Source: Sulfuricurvum sp.
GTDB taxonomy: Bacteria > Campylobacterota > Campylobacteria > Campylobacterales > Sulfurimonadaceae
Direction: 5' to 3'
Assembly (NCBI GenBank): GCA_024762585.1
Contig: JANTHE010000001.1
Location: forward strand, 1 to 53,423
DNA: 53,423 bases
The translations under genes were made by a program, and so were the position numbers. The notes beneath the pieces are model-generated. The model made no database searches. It worked only from the letters and a program-made list of their open reading frames with translations, and had not been told where the DNA came from. Every line of letters begins with the position of its first letter. The first letter of the stretch is position 1. Of this stretch, positions 23,765 through 34,070 are shown one piece after another.

Positions 23765-24521
23765 TACCGTCACGATCAGTAAAAAGATCATGCGGCAGCT
23801 CGGACGGACAAATGCCGCATTCGGGCTGGTGGAAGAGGGTGACCGTATCCTCGTGGGCCTTTCGGGCGGAAAAGACTCCATGACGCTGGTGCATGCCATG
23901 AAAGAGCAGCAGCGGCGTGCACCGTTTTCATTCGAGATTATCGCAGTGACGGTCGATTACGGGATGGGTGAGGATTTCAGCTATCTTGTCGAGCACTGCA
24001 AAGCACACGGAATCGAACACCATATATACGATACGAACATCTACAACACGGCAAAAGAGAAGATTCGAAAGAACTCGTCGTACTGCAGCTTTTTCTCCCG
24101 CATGCGCCGCGGCTCGCTTTACAGTGCGGCTGAAAAATTCGGCTGCGGCAAACTGGCTCTGGGGCACCATCTCGACGACGCCGCGGAGAGTTTTTTCATG
24201 AACCTGATCTACAACGGGCATCTGCGCGCGCTGGCACCGAAATACCGTGCGGGAAACGGCCTGATCGTGATTCGTCCCCTGATTCAGATGCGAGAACGTC
24301 AGCTTGCCGCATGTGCGAAAGATAACGGCTGGCGGACCGTCGGCGATGAAGCCTGCCCGTCAATGCGTTTCGATATTAAGATGCCCTATGCCCGTGCAGA
24401 GATGAAAACGATGCTCTCGGAGATGGAGGAAAAACATCCGGACCTCTTTACCTCCATCAATGCCGCTTTTGGACATATTTCTGATGACGCCTTTTTCGAT
24501 CCGGAGCGGTTTAGTCTTTAG
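23757..24521 (+). CDS. ttcA: TtcA-family PP-loop tRNA thiolation protein
   Basis: SGGKDS, RMRRG, LGHHLDD, IRPL. Confidence 0.8.
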   Translation: MTDTVTISKKIMRQLGRTNAAFGLVEEGDRILVGLSGGKDSMTLVHAMKEQQRRAPFSFEIIAVTVDYGMGEDFSYLVEHCKAHGIEHHIYDTNIYNTAKEKIRKNSSYCSFFSRMRRGSLYSAAEKFGCGKLALGHHLDDAAESFFMNLIYNGHLRALAPKYRAGNGLIVIRPLIQMRERQLAACAKDNGWRTVGDEACPSMRFDIKMPYARAEMKTMLSEMEEKHPDLFTSINAAFGHISDDAFFDPERFSL

Positions 24522-24596
24522 AAGTGCCCTCAATAGGGTGGTAGAGAAGCACCACTAGACAATGAAGCAGTGCGATAATGTGTTCCAAGCTGAGTA

Positions 24597-24896
24597 TTAC
24601 CCGCCCAGCTGAACGCCGTCGATCTCCTCTTTAAACTGTTCGATGGAGAAGGTAACGAGATTGGTGATCTCTTCGGGTGTCTGTTCCAGATATTTCGGTG
24701 TCAGACGAATTTTACGTTTGACATATTTGTCTTCGGAATAGGAGACGCTCAGGTAAGGGTCCCCGCTCACATCGCAGCTGTCGCTGGTTGTCGCGACTTC
24801 GGGAATGCAGTATTCAATATCGATGTCGGGGTCGACCATTGCGTTATTGACGAGTTCCACAATTTTTTCGAGTTTTTCTTTCAGTGCTTTTTCCAT
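24597..24896 (-). CDS. Hypothetical acidic protein, paralog A
   Basis: 99 aa, AAGGA SD, 61/99 identical to neighbour. Confidence 0.85.
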   Translation of the reverse strand: MEKALKEKLEKIVELVNNAMVDPDIDIEYCIPEVATTSDSCDVSGDPYLSVSYSEDKYVKRKIRLTPKYLEQTPEEITNLVTFSIEQFKEEIDGVQLGG

Positions 24897-24914
24897 GGGT
24901 ATCCTTTAATAAAT

Positions 24915-25217
24915 TTATTGTGCGCCGTAATGCAGCGAGTCGACTTCTTCTTTAAACTGTTCGATGTGGAAGGTGACAAGGTTTGCAATCTCTTCTGCAC
25001 TCTTTTGCAGGTAATCCGTTTTCAGCGGGATTCTGCGCTCGACGAGATTGTCTTCACTGTATTTTACATAGATATAAGGATCTTCATTGACATCACAACT
25101 TTCGCCTGTTGCGGCGACGTCCGGAATGCAGTAGGTTATATCGATATCGGGATCGGTCATTGTGTTGTCGACGAGCTCCACCACCTTTTCCAGTTTTGTT
25201 TTCATTGGCTGTTCCAT
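24915..25217 (-). CDS. Hypothetical acidic protein, paralog B
   Basis: 100 aa, AGGGAG SD, 61/99 identical to neighbour. Confidence 0.85.
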   Translation of the reverse strand: MEQPMKTKLEKVVELVDNTMTDPDIDITYCIPDVAATGESCDVNEDPYIYVKYSEDNLVERRIPLKTDYLQKSAEEIANLVTFHIEQFKEEVDSLHYGAQ

Positions 25218-25299
25218 AAACTCCCTTTAATGTTTGGATGGAGTATGATTTCATTAAATCGGTAAAAGGTTACTGATGATTTTGAATTAGATGCTTGGT

Positions 25300-25782
25300 T
25301 TATTTTTGAAGTGTCCTGTGTCGTTTGACAGAGGCAATCCAGAGCCGCTGGACGACATAGTAAGCGGTTGCGGCGAAGAGTGTCGAATAAAAAAGCGCCC
25401 CGGTGTAGAGCGGTACGACGACGTCGTCAAAGTGTTCCTGAAACCACTCGAGCGTCATCGAAACCGGGGGCAGATTCTGCAACCCCAGCAAAAAACCTCC
25501 GGTTTTGTATTCAATAAAATAGATGAAAGGCATGGTGAGAGGATTGGTGATCCATACCATGGCGATCGCCAGCGGCAGGTTGAAGCGAAAAAGCGGCTGC
25601 AGCAGTACGATGGCGACCATCTGACCCGGCATGGGGATGAAGGCGACAAAGAGACCGACGAGAACGCCTTTTGCAACCGAATGACGGTTGATACTTAAAA
25701 AGGCACGTGGAATCTTGTATTTGACTATGATATGGTGGTATTTTTCATGCAATCTACTGCGTTTGAAGAGTTCTCTTATCAT
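25300..25782 (-). CDS. DUF2062-like membrane protein
   Basis: HSVAKG, AFIPMPGQ, WITNPLT. Confidence 0.85.
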   Translation of the reverse strand: MIRELFKRSRLHEKYHHIIVKYKIPRAFLSINRHSVAKGVLVGLFVAFIPMPGQMVAIVLLQPLFRFNLPLAIAMVWITNPLTMPFIYFIEYKTGGFLLGLQNLPPVSMTLEWFQEHFDDVVVPLYTGALFYSTLFAATAYYVVQRLWIASVKRHRTLQK

Positions 25783-25977
25783 TTGGTTCCCGACCAGGAG
25801 TTAGCAGACTCCTTAAGCTGGGCGGTATTATAGCGTGTAGATGTAACAGTAATGATACTTGACTGAGAGCTGGCATGTGGTTTTGAAGCTGTATGAAGGG
25901 TATCAAATACCTTTAATTGATGCTCGATATAATTCCGCCTAATTTATCCAATTGATTATTGATAAGGAAATAAACTG

Positions 25978-26325
25978 ATGTCAAGTTTGAATGTATACCC
26001 AGATCAAGCAATGCTTGAAAATTCTGAGATGGTTGTTGTCGATATTCGTACGGAACCGGAGTGGCGCCAGACAGGTATCGTACCCGGCAGTAAAACAATA
26101 ACGTTTTTTAAGATGGATGGAAGCTACGATGCCGAAGGCTTTCTCAAGGCCATGGATGAACTGGGAGGAAAAGAGAAAGAGATCGGACTGATTTGCCGGA
26201 CTGGTTCCCGCACATCGCAGGTGGCCATGTTTATGAAACAGCAAGGGTACAATGTGAAAAACCTCGCAGGCGGGGTGATGAAACTGATGAGCGAAGGCTA
26301 TGAGCTTTCGCCCTACAAAGGCTAA
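25978..26325 (+). CDS. Single-domain rhodanese
   Basis: DIRTEPEW, CRTGSRT active loop, NLAGG. Confidence 0.9.
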   Translation: MSSLNVYPDQAMLENSEMVVVDIRTEPEWRQTGIVPGSKTITFFKMDGSYDAEGFLKAMDELGGKEKEIGLICRTGSRTSQVAMFMKQQGYNVKNLAGGVMKLMSEGYELSPYKG

Positions 26326-26771
26326 CTTTTAATTTTCGCTTCGTATTCACTGCGGAGTTCACTGAACAGTCTCAGGATGTTCTGTTGATAAGCAGTGATA
26401 TCGGGGTCGTCCTGACACGCTAAAACCGGTTCTAGCAGCGACAGGTCAATTTTCAGTGCATATCGGGGAACTGATTTGAGGTCTTTGATGATGTCTTCTA
26501 TGAGTGCATCAATGTCGAGTCCGTTGTTTTTAAGTACCTTGTCGACCATTTCTCTTGTGGTCAGAACTAGCGTATCGGACCGATCTTCTTCATGGTAAAT
26601 TGACAGACCTGCTTCTTTTACCAGATCGAATTCGCATTCGCTGGCGTGATCATCCGCTGCGATGACAGTTGCAAAAAGTTTTGCACGGAATTCGAGAGAA
26701 CTATGATGGTACAAGAAAAGTTCACGAAATGCGTTGAAGAGAAAATGTTTGAAGCTGAAGCGTATCGCCAT
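26322..26771 (-). CDS. Hypothetical protein, possibly TerB-like
   Basis: 149-aa helical ORF; VIAADDHASECE resembles TerB ADG-x3-E. Confidence 0.6.
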   Translation of the reverse strand: MAIRFSFKHFLFNAFRELFLYHHSSLEFRAKLFATVIAADDHASECEFDLVKEAGLSIYHEEDRSDTLVLTTREMVDKVLKNNGLDIDALIEDIIKDLKSVPRYALKIDLSLLEPVLACQDDPDITAYQQNILRLFSELRSEYEAKIKS

Positions 26772-26807
26772 AGCAAAGCCCTAATTGCATTTGGGTTATT
26801 ATACTGC

Positions 26808-27728
26808 ATGCAAAATTTCATTGTACTTTTTTCCGCTGTCATCGTTGCGCTTTTTGGCGGTTGCAGTACTCCTGTAAACGTGCCGCAGCACACCTTGCCA
26901 AAAGAGTGCCCGGTTTACGATATGAAACAGGCGCGCTGTATCGGGCCCGCGCAGTTCTCGCAACGCCTTGCGCCTTATCGGATTCTTTTTGTCGGAGATC
27001 ACCATGCGTCGCGTGCGATGCATGAGCGGTTCGCGGCGCTGATCGGTGCCCTGGGCGCAGGCGGACGCCATATTTTGCTGGCAAACGAATGGTTTACGCC
27101 TGAAGACGACAAGCTGCTTTCTCTGTATGCCAAGGGGAGCTATGAGGGAAATTTTACCGCGGCGGTCGGGTGGCAGAAAAAAGCGGGTTATCCGTTTGAT
27201 TCGTACCAAGGCATTTTTGAGAGTGTGATCAAGCAGCACGGAGGCCTGTACGGTATCAATATGGACAAATCGTTCCAAAAGGCGATATCGGACAACAATA
27301 CCACGGTACTGACCTATCCGCAGCAGGCATTCCTTGCAGATTTGGATATGAACCTCTCGGCGCATCGGGACATGCTGGCACCGTTTTTTTCAAAGTGCCA
27401 TGCCCGAAAAAAGGGAGAAAACTCCTCGGAGTGTCTGGAAAGGATGTACCGGGTACAGGTCGCGTGGGACAGCTATATGGGCGAACAGAGCGCCAGGTTG
27501 GCCCGGGAAAAACTGCACGATGAAAACGATTTTCTGATCGTCTTTGCCGGGGCATTTCATCTGGACTATGGTGTCGGCATCAACGCCAGATTTGCCCGAC
27601 TGTCGCGCGAGCCGTTCGCGACGATGCTCCCGGTCCCCGCCGGTACCGAAGCCGTCGATGCGGGCGAAGCGGATTATGTGCTGATTTACCCGGTTGATGG
27701 CGCGAAAAAGGGGAGTGATGAACACTGA
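26808..27728 (+). CDS. ChaN-family lipoprotein
   Basis: Lipobox FGGC, FVGDHH, NEWF, QVAWDSYM, GAFHLDYG. Confidence 0.8.
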   Translation: MQNFIVLFSAVIVALFGGCSTPVNVPQHTLPKECPVYDMKQARCIGPAQFSQRLAPYRILFVGDHHASRAMHERFAALIGALGAGGRHILLANEWFTPEDDKLLSLYAKGSYEGNFTAAVGWQKKAGYPFDSYQGIFESVIKQHGGLYGINMDKSFQKAISDNNTTVLTYPQQAFLADLDMNLSAHRDMLAPFFSKCHARKKGENSSECLERMYRVQVAWDSYMGEQSARLAREKLHDENDFLIVFAGAFHLDYGVGINARFARLSREPFATMLPVPAGTEAVDAGEADYVLIYPVDGAKKGSDEH

Positions 27729-28998
27729 AGCAAAGCGCATCTACGGATGGGCACTGTACGACTGGGCCAATTCCGCCTATGCCACAACGGTCATGGCCGG
27801 ATTTTTCCCGCTCTTTTTCAAAGCCTACTACAGTGCGGACGCCGATGTGACAGTCTCTACGGCACAGCTTGGCGTGGCCAATGCCGTCTCGAGCATCGTC
27901 GTTGTCCTGATGGCACCGCTGCTGGGCGCCATTGCCGATGCGGGGGGCATACGGAAGCGGTTTTTGCTGCTTTTCGCTTTTCTGGGCATGCTGATGAGCG
28001 CTTCGCTTGCCCTGGTCGGCAAAGGCCAGTGGGAACTGGCGGCAATGGTCTATGTCATCGGAAATATCGGTTTCATGGGCTCGAATATCTTCTATGACGC
28101 GTTTCTGCCCTCGGTGACGAGCGAAGACAAATTCGACAAAGTTTCAGGACTGGGATACGCACTGGGGTATCTCGGAGGCGGCATTCTCTTTGCACTCAAT
28201 GTCGCGATGGTGCAGATGCCCGACCTTTTCGGATTCGCCGATAAAGCGGAGGCGATAAAAGCATCCTTTGTGAGCGTAGCGCTGTGGTGGGCGCTCTTCA
28301 CACTGCCGTTGATACTGTGGGTGAAAGAGCGCCGCAATACAAGACAGATCGGAACACTGAAACTGAGTCTGCTCGGCTATAGGCGGCTGATGCGTACCTT
28401 TCGCCGGATCAGGCACTTGCGCGGCCTCTTTTTGTTCCTGGTGGCCTACTGGTTTTATATCGACGGCGTCGATACCATCATCCGCATGGCGGTCGATTAC
28501 GGCATGGCCATCGGGTTCGAGCCCGGTGACCTCATCAAGGCGCTGCTGCTGGTGCAGTTCGTCGGTTTTCCGGCAACGATACTCGTCGCAAAGCTGGCGG
28601 ACAAGTGGGAGACAAAAAAAGCGATTTACCTGACACTGGGGATATATACCCTCATTTCCGTTTTGGCGGCATTCATGCATGATGTCGGTTCATTTTACCT
28701 GCTGGCAACCATGATCGCACTGGTGCAAGGCGGCATTCAGGCGATGAGCCGTTCGTACTATTCGCGTATGATTCCTGCTGAGTATTCCGCAGAATTTTTT
28801 GGATTTTACAACTTCCTGGGCAAGTTCGCAACCGTGCTGGGACCGCTGGTCATCGGCGCAGTTGCCGTTGCCACACACAGTTCGCGCGCGGGCATCGCCT
28901 CGGTGGCGATCTTTTTCGTCATCGGCGCTATGCTGCTTTACTTTGTGGATGAACAAAAGGTCGCATCCGAAGTCCGCGGGGCGATGCGCTCTCGATGA
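27718..28998 (+). CDS. MFS transporter (UMF1/Atg22-like)
   Basis: [26 protein letters not shown]; many TM helices. Confidence 0.9.
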   Translation: MNTEAKRIYGWALYDWANSAYATTVMAGFFPLFFKAYYSADADVTVSTAQLGVANAVSSIVVVLMAPLLGAIADAGGIRKRFLLLFAFLGMLMSASLALVGKGQWELAAMVYVIGNIGFMGSNIFYDAFLPSVTSEDKFDKVSGLGYALGYLGGGILFALNVAMVQMPDLFGFADKAEAIKASFVSVALWWALFTLPLILWVKERRNTRQIGTLKLSLLGYRRLMRTFRRIRHLRGLFLFLVAYWFYIDGVDTIIRMAVDYGMAIGFEPGDLIKALLLVQFVGFPATILVAKLADKWETKKAIYLTLGIYTLISVLAAFMHDVGSFYLLATMIALVQGGIQAMSRSYYSRMIPAEYSAEFFGFYNFLGKFATVLGPLVIGAVAVATHSSRAGIASVAIFFVIGAMLLYFVDEQKVASEVRGAMRSR

Positions 28999-31046
28999 AG
29001 CGGCGATGGCTTGCGGTGCTGCTGGTTTGCAGCGGACTTCTGGCGCATGACCCCGAGTATTCCAATCACCTTTCCGGTGAGACCTCGCCGTATCTCCTGC
29101 AGCATGTCCATAACCCGGTTGACTGGTACCCCTGGAATGATGCGGCATTTGAAAAAGCGAAGCGCGAACACAAACCCATTTTTTTGAGCATCGGCTTCAG
29201 CACCTGCCACTGGTGCCATGTTATGGCCGAGGAGTCCTTTGAAGATCCGCAGATTGCCGCGATGCTCAACCGCTGGTTTGTTTCTGTCAAGGTCGATCGG
29301 GAGGCGATGCCCGACATCGACCGTCATTTTCAAACGCTCTACCGGCATATGCACGGACGCAGTGGCGGCTGGCCGCTGAGCGTTGTGATGACAGAGACGG
29401 GCAAGCCCTTTTTTACAGGCACCTATATTCCGCCAACCGATGCGTACGGTATTGAGGGAATGCTGACACTGCTGCCGCGAATCGGCAGGGAATACGCGGC
29501 TGAGCGGAAGCTGTTTGAAGCCAAAGCACAGCAGCTGGCGAATGATCAGAACAGTAGACGTGCGGTCTCAGACACTATGCCCGAAGCCGATGCAGTGAAA
29601 ACGGCATATCAAGCATTGGAGGGCCTTGAAGGTATTTTTGACGATCGCAATAAAGGGTTCGGGACGCAGCCGAAGTTCCCGCAATCCTCCCGCATCATGG
29701 CACTGTTGGATATCTACAAGCTCACCAAAGCGTTACCGGCGAAAGCAATGGTAATGGAGACACTTGAAACGATGGCAAAAAGCGGCCTGTATGATCAGAT
29801 CGAGGGTGCTTTTTTTCGTTACAGTACAAATCGTGACTGGACACAGCCGCATTTTGAAAAGATGCTTTATACCAATGCCCAGCTTGTTTCCGCCTACGCT
29901 GCAGGATGGAATGCGAGCAGAAATCCGCTATTTGAAAGAGTTATTCGTGAAACGATCGCTGAAATGGGACATCGCTTTCAAACCAGAGAGGGGCTGTGGT
30001 TCGCTGCGAGCAGTGCGGACAGTGAGCACGGAGAAGGAGGTTATTTCCTTTATACCTATGACGAGGCAGATTCGGCATTGGAGAAGGCCGGCTTTAGCCT
30101 GAATGCGCGTCAGGAATTGCTGCACTATTTCTCCATCGAAGAGGATGGCAACTTCGATGGAGAGGTGTCACATATTCATTTGTCGGCACTCCCGGCACCA
30201 AACGGTGTGGAACGTGCAAGATCGGTCTTGAAAGAACTGCGAGAAAAACGCCGGTTTCCCTTTAGAGACAAAAAGATTATTACTGCATGGAATGCGATGA
30301 TGGTCTCGGCGCTGTTCGATGCGTCCGTAATGGATATGCGCTATGTGAAGATGGCGAAGCGTTCCTATGCGGCATTGCACAGCATGATGTCGGATGGAAA
30401 GTCGGCGCTGTTTCATCAGACGCTTTACGGCCATATACCCTCACAGCCGGGTCTGCTGGAAGATTACGCCTATATGGTGCAAGCGGCGATTAAAGGGTAT
30501 GAGACGACCCTTGAACAGCACTATCTTGATGACGCTGTGCAATGGACAAAAACAGCGACAGCTCTTTTTTACGGCGACGGAGCGTGGCGGCTGGGAAAAG
30601 GAGCCTATAGTGCCTTTGATGACGGAAGTGACAAATACTATACTTCCCCGATGGGTGTGATGCTGGCGAACCTGCTCTCTCTGGAGATACTGACCAGTGA
30701 CATTGTTTATGAAAAACCGGTGAATGAAACGATAAAACGCCATGCCGATATGCTGTTTGAAAACCCCGCAGCCCATAGCTCCTTGATGATGGCTTATCTG
30801 CGTTACAAACTGGGGATCGTCGGTATCAAGCATCGTCCGGGGGTGCTGCACAAATACCGCAGCGAGATCGAGGCAATCGATTATCCGTTTATAATAATTG
30901 AAGCCGAACCGCAGAGTGATCGTTGGATTGCCTGCAGTGCACGCAGCTGCTTTGGTACGTCAAAAACATTCGATGGGATCAAAAAACGCGTAGAAGCGCG
31001 CAAGGCGGTTACAACAGCGCCATCACTTTATGGTCGGCACCGCTGA
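28995..31046 (+). CDS. DUF255/YyaL thioredoxin-domain protein with signal peptide
   Basis: [37 protein letters not shown]. Confidence 0.9.
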   Translation: MKRRWLAVLLVCSGLLAHDPEYSNHLSGETSPYLLQHVHNPVDWYPWNDAAFEKAKREHKPIFLSIGFSTCHWCHVMAEESFEDPQIAAMLNRWFVSVKVDREAMPDIDRHFQTLYRHMHGRSGGWPLSVVMTETGKPFFTGTYIPPTDAYGIEGMLTLLPRIGREYAAERKLFEAKAQQLANDQNSRRAVSDTMPEADAVKTAYQALEGLEGIFDDRNKGFGTQPKFPQSSRIMALLDIYKLTKALPAKAMVMETLETMAKSGLYDQIEGAFFRYSTNRDWTQPHFEKMLYTNAQLVSAYAAGWNASRNPLFERVIRETIAEMGHRFQTREGLWFAASSADSEHGEGGYFLYTYDEADSALEKAGFSLNARQELLHYFSIEEDGNFDGEVSHIHLSALPAPNGVERARSVLKELREKRRFPFRDKKIITAWNAMMVSALFDASVMDMRYVKMAKRSYAALHSMMSDGKSALFHQTLYGHIPSQPGLLEDYAYMVQAAIKGYETTLEQHYLDDAVQWTKTATALFYGDGAWRLGKGAYSAFDDGSDKYYTSPMGVMLANLLSLEILTSDIVYEKPVNETIKRHADMLFENPAAHSSLMMAYLRYKLGIVGIKHRPGVLHKYRSEIEAIDYPFIIIEAEPQSDRWIACSARSCFGTSKTFDGIKKRVEARKAVTTAPSLYGRHR

Positions 31047-31953
31047 GCGCCAGCGCCGCGATTTCTTCTTGCGTAAAATATTCGAGCATGTCACATTGGG
31101 CCCGCACTCTCCAAACGGTCGCCTCGAGCCTGAAATGTGAATAGGTATGCGTGATGACACCGAGTTTAACTGCCGAATGAGACGGTGTTTCTTCTTGCTC
31201 TGCGAATCCCCACAGGCCATGCAGGAATTTTCCTCTGCGCTGTGCAAGACCGAATCGGCCGTCATGGGCATAAACGAGGATATGACGCTTGCGTATCGGC
31301 GGTTTCTTCTGCTCTTTTTTTTGCGGGTAGCGCAGCGGATCGGTACGGCTGCCTTTGCATCCGTCAATGAGCGGACAGCTTTGGCATTTCGCTTCTTTGG
31401 GCAGGCAGAGTGTGGCGCCGATGTCCATCATGGCTTGATTGAAATCAAAAGGGTTAAGCGGGTCAAAAAGAGTATATGACAGTTTCCATAACGTCTTTTC
31501 ATCTGCCTGACGCCGACCGAAAAAACGGTAGAGGATACGTTTGACGTTGGCATCCAGAAGCGGCACCGGCGTCTTGTAGGCAAATGAGGCAATGGCATGT
31601 GCCGTATTTTTACCGATCCCCGGTAGCGCTTGAAGTTCTTTGGGTGTTTCGGGCATAAAGGGCGCGCACATTTGAGCTGCCTTGTGCAGATGGCGCGCCC
31701 TGGTGTAATATCCCAGCCCTTCCCACTGTTTCAAGACGTCATCAAGCGCAGCATCTGCCAGTGATTGAAGTGTGGGAAAACGTTCCAAAAAAGGAAAATA
31801 GAAGCGTTGCAGAACCGTTTGAACCTGTGTCTGCTGCAGCATTACTTCGCTGACCCAGATGCGGTAAGGATCGCTAGTCTGTCGCCAGGGAAGGTGATGG
31901 CGGCCATGCCTTTGGTACCAGTCGTGCAGCCGATGATACAGAGCTTCATACAT
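31009..31953 (-). CDS. mutY: A/G-specific adenine glycosylase
   Basis: [28 protein letters not shown], 4-Cys Fe-S motif. Confidence 0.95.
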   Translation of the reverse strand: MYEALYHRLHDWYQRHGRHHLPWRQTSDPYRIWVSEVMLQQTQVQTVLQRFYFPFLERFPTLQSLADAALDDVLKQWEGLGYYTRARHLHKAAQMCAPFMPETPKELQALPGIGKNTAHAIASFAYKTPVPLLDANVKRILYRFFGRRQADEKTLWKLSYTLFDPLNPFDFNQAMMDIGATLCLPKEAKCQSCPLIDGCKGSRTDPLRYPQKKEQKKPPIRKRHILVYAHDGRFGLAQRRGKFLHGLWGFAEQEETPSHSAVKLGVITHTYSHFRLEATVWRVRAQCDMLEYFTQEEIAALALSGADHKVMALL

Positions 31954-32082
31954 GCGCGGATTATAGCCGGTAGCGGCTGATATCACAATCATATTATATC
32001 GATGGCCATATTTGGACTGTTTACTTGTTTGTTTGTCAATCTTCATTATGATGACGAAACACTTTTGATCAAGGAACAGCAG

Positions 32083-32409
32083 ATGAAAAAATGGATGACG
32101 GCAGCGTTGGCTGCAGCGGTGACTACAACACTTTATGCCGCACCGGCAATGGCGCAGAACGAAGCGGCAATGAAAGCGCGTCAGGAACAGATGCTCAAGC
32201 GTATTCAGTCAGAACTTGGGCTCAGCGACCAGCAGGCCAAACAATGGGGTGATATTCAGTCGCGTTATATGCGTGAACACATGAAGCTGCGTGTACAGCA
32301 AAATGAGGAGATCAATGCCCTGCTGACAAAGGAGCAGCGGAAAAAATTCGAGCTGATGCAGCAGCGTTTTCGTGAACGTCTCAACAGTCGTATGGGTGGA
32401 GCAAAATAG
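32083..32409 (+). CDS. Secreted helical protein, Spy/CpxP-like
   Basis: Signal peptide; LGLSDQQ and LLTKEQ (LTxxQ) motifs. Confidence 0.7.
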   Translation: MKKWMTAALAAAVTTTLYAAPAMAQNEAAMKARQEQMLKRIQSELGLSDQQAKQWGDIQSRYMREHMKLRVQQNEEINALLTKEQRKKFELMQQRFRERLNSRMGGAK

Positions 32410-32524
32410 ATTTTGGTTTCTTTTTCACAGTAAACATAAATAATTGTTTAGTATAATATTCTACAGGTGCCTGTTTTGCTTGTAATTTCCAAAGGTGCCG
32501 TGAATCATTCAAAGGAGAGAGCTT

Positions 32525-32773
32525 ATGGCTTATGTGACTATCGATGGAGTTAAATACGAAAAAGAGCTGCTGGATCTTGCAAAAAAGCATACAACCGGCA
32601 AAGGAGAAGGAAAATTGTCCAAAGATGAGGTGAGTGACCTTTTTAAATCTGCTTCAGACGGACAGGGTGTAACAGAAACGGAAAAAAGTACACTTGCATA
32701 TATCCGGAAGAATTTTGAGTTTACAGATGCTGCAGCAAGAGACTTTGATGAAGGTTTTGCCAAACTTTCATAA
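32525..32773 (+). CDS. Small hypothetical protein
   Basis: 82 aa; AGGAG SD, TATAAT at 32452-32457, downstream hairpin. Confidence 0.8.
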   Translation: MAYVTIDGVKYEKELLDLAKKHTTGKGEGKLSKDEVSDLFKSASDGQGVTETEKSTLAYIRKNFEFTDAAARDFDEGFAKLS

Positions 32774-32779
32774 ACCTGC

Positions 32780-32807
32780 CGGAGTGGGGAGCGATCGACT
32801 CACTCCG
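32780..32807 (+). terminator. Stem-loop, possible terminator
   Basis: CGGAGTGGG...CTCACTCCG inverted repeat after stop; no clear U-tract. Confidence 0.4.
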
Positions 32808-32823
32808 AATTACGGAATCAATT

Positions 32824-33405
32824 TTGAAAACAGTACTTGACTTGGCGGTCGCTAGATATGAAAACAAACACTCCAAATTCATTGCCCACCTGATTCCTTA
32901 TACATCATTCGAGCTGACTTTGAAACAACTCAAGAAGAGTCATCCAAAAGCTCGCCATTTTGTCACGGCGTACCGATACGTTAACACCTATGCTCAAATT
33001 ATCGAGGGCAGCAGCGATGATGGCGAACCAAAAAGCACTTCCGGCAAACCTTCACTGGCGGTACTCGCAGGGAACGATATAGTCAATGCTGCAGTAATCA
33101 CTGTGCGCTATTTCGGAGGGGTCAAACTTGGTACCGGCGGGCTAGTACGTGCTTATACGCAGGCAGCCTCCGAAGCAGTCAGGCAAGCTGTGCTTTCAAC
33201 ATATGTTCCGCAGGTTCACGAGGAATTCACCTGTGGTTACAGACAAGTTTCACAGGTGAAGTATCTATTGGATTTCTGTGGTGTAGCAGAGGTTGAAACT
33301 TTTTACGAATCTTCTGAAGTACGGTGGAATATAAGTGCTGGTGTCACTACAGTAGAGTCGTTTTTTTCCAAGGCAGGCAGGTTGGTAGAACGGCTTGGCC
33401 AATAG
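32824..33405 (+). CDS. yigZ: YigZ/IMPACT family protein
   Basis: SKFIA, SDDGEP, RYFGGVKLGTGGLVRAY. Confidence 0.92.
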   Translation: MKTVLDLAVARYENKHSKFIAHLIPYTSFELTLKQLKKSHPKARHFVTAYRYVNTYAQIIEGSSDDGEPKSTSGKPSLAVLAGNDIVNAAVITVRYFGGVKLGTGGLVRAYTQAASEAVRQAVLSTYVPQVHEEFTCGYRQVSQVKYLLDFCGVAEVETFYESSEVRWNISAGVTTVESFFSKAGRLVERLGQ

Positions 33406-33421
33406 ATGACTTCTAGCAATC

Positions 33422-33874
33422 TTATTGGTATTTTCTGCCGTTGTGTAGTAGCCATCCCGGAACATGGGAAGCGTCTGGATCATGATGAGTCCAGTGGATA
33501 ATGCCGCCTCTGCGATTCCATTCATATTCGCCGTTGAATTCGATGCGGTCACCGCGTTTCAGCGCAGTAATCTTTGGTGCAATATCTATGTTATGAGCTA
33601 TCAGGAGCGAATGGCCCGAATCTAATTTGACAATAAACTTTTGGTGGCGGCTGCCGTAATTGTCATCTGGCAGGATTTTAAGAACCGTGCCATTCCCTTT
33701 TATCTGCAGATTGCTTTGATGATTTGCATAGGCATCTGCAATACGCGCATCGCTGTTCTCAGCGCGGCTGAGTGTTTGAATCTGATGATTGGTGCTTTGC
33801 GGCTGTTCGTGCCCGCTGTAGTAGAGATTGAAACCGGCAAGAGCCAGTATGAATGCAAGCAGGAGTTTTTTCAT
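33422..33874 (-). CDS. DUF3465-like exported protein
   Basis: LPDDNYGSRHQKF, AHNIDIAP, HWTHHDP. Confidence 0.85.
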   Translation of the reverse strand: MKKLLLAFILALAGFNLYYSGHEQPQSTNHQIQTLSRAENSDARIADAYANHQSNLQIKGNGTVLKILPDDNYGSRHQKFIVKLDSGHSLLIAHNIDIAPKITALKRGDRIEFNGEYEWNRRGGIIHWTHHDPDASHVPGWLLHNGRKYQ

Positions 33875-34070
33875 TTTTACTGCCTTAAATTGTTCTGGAA
33901 CTGTTTTGCCGCTTATTGTATGTGACCTTGTCCAAAATTACCCTGATAAAGAGACGATATCTCCTGTGCGTAATCTGCAGTAGAAAAAAAAGTATTTTTT
34001 CTTTTAGAGAATTAAAACTGTTTCGTTACACTGCCATTATGATTTCCATGATTCACTTTGAGATAACAAA

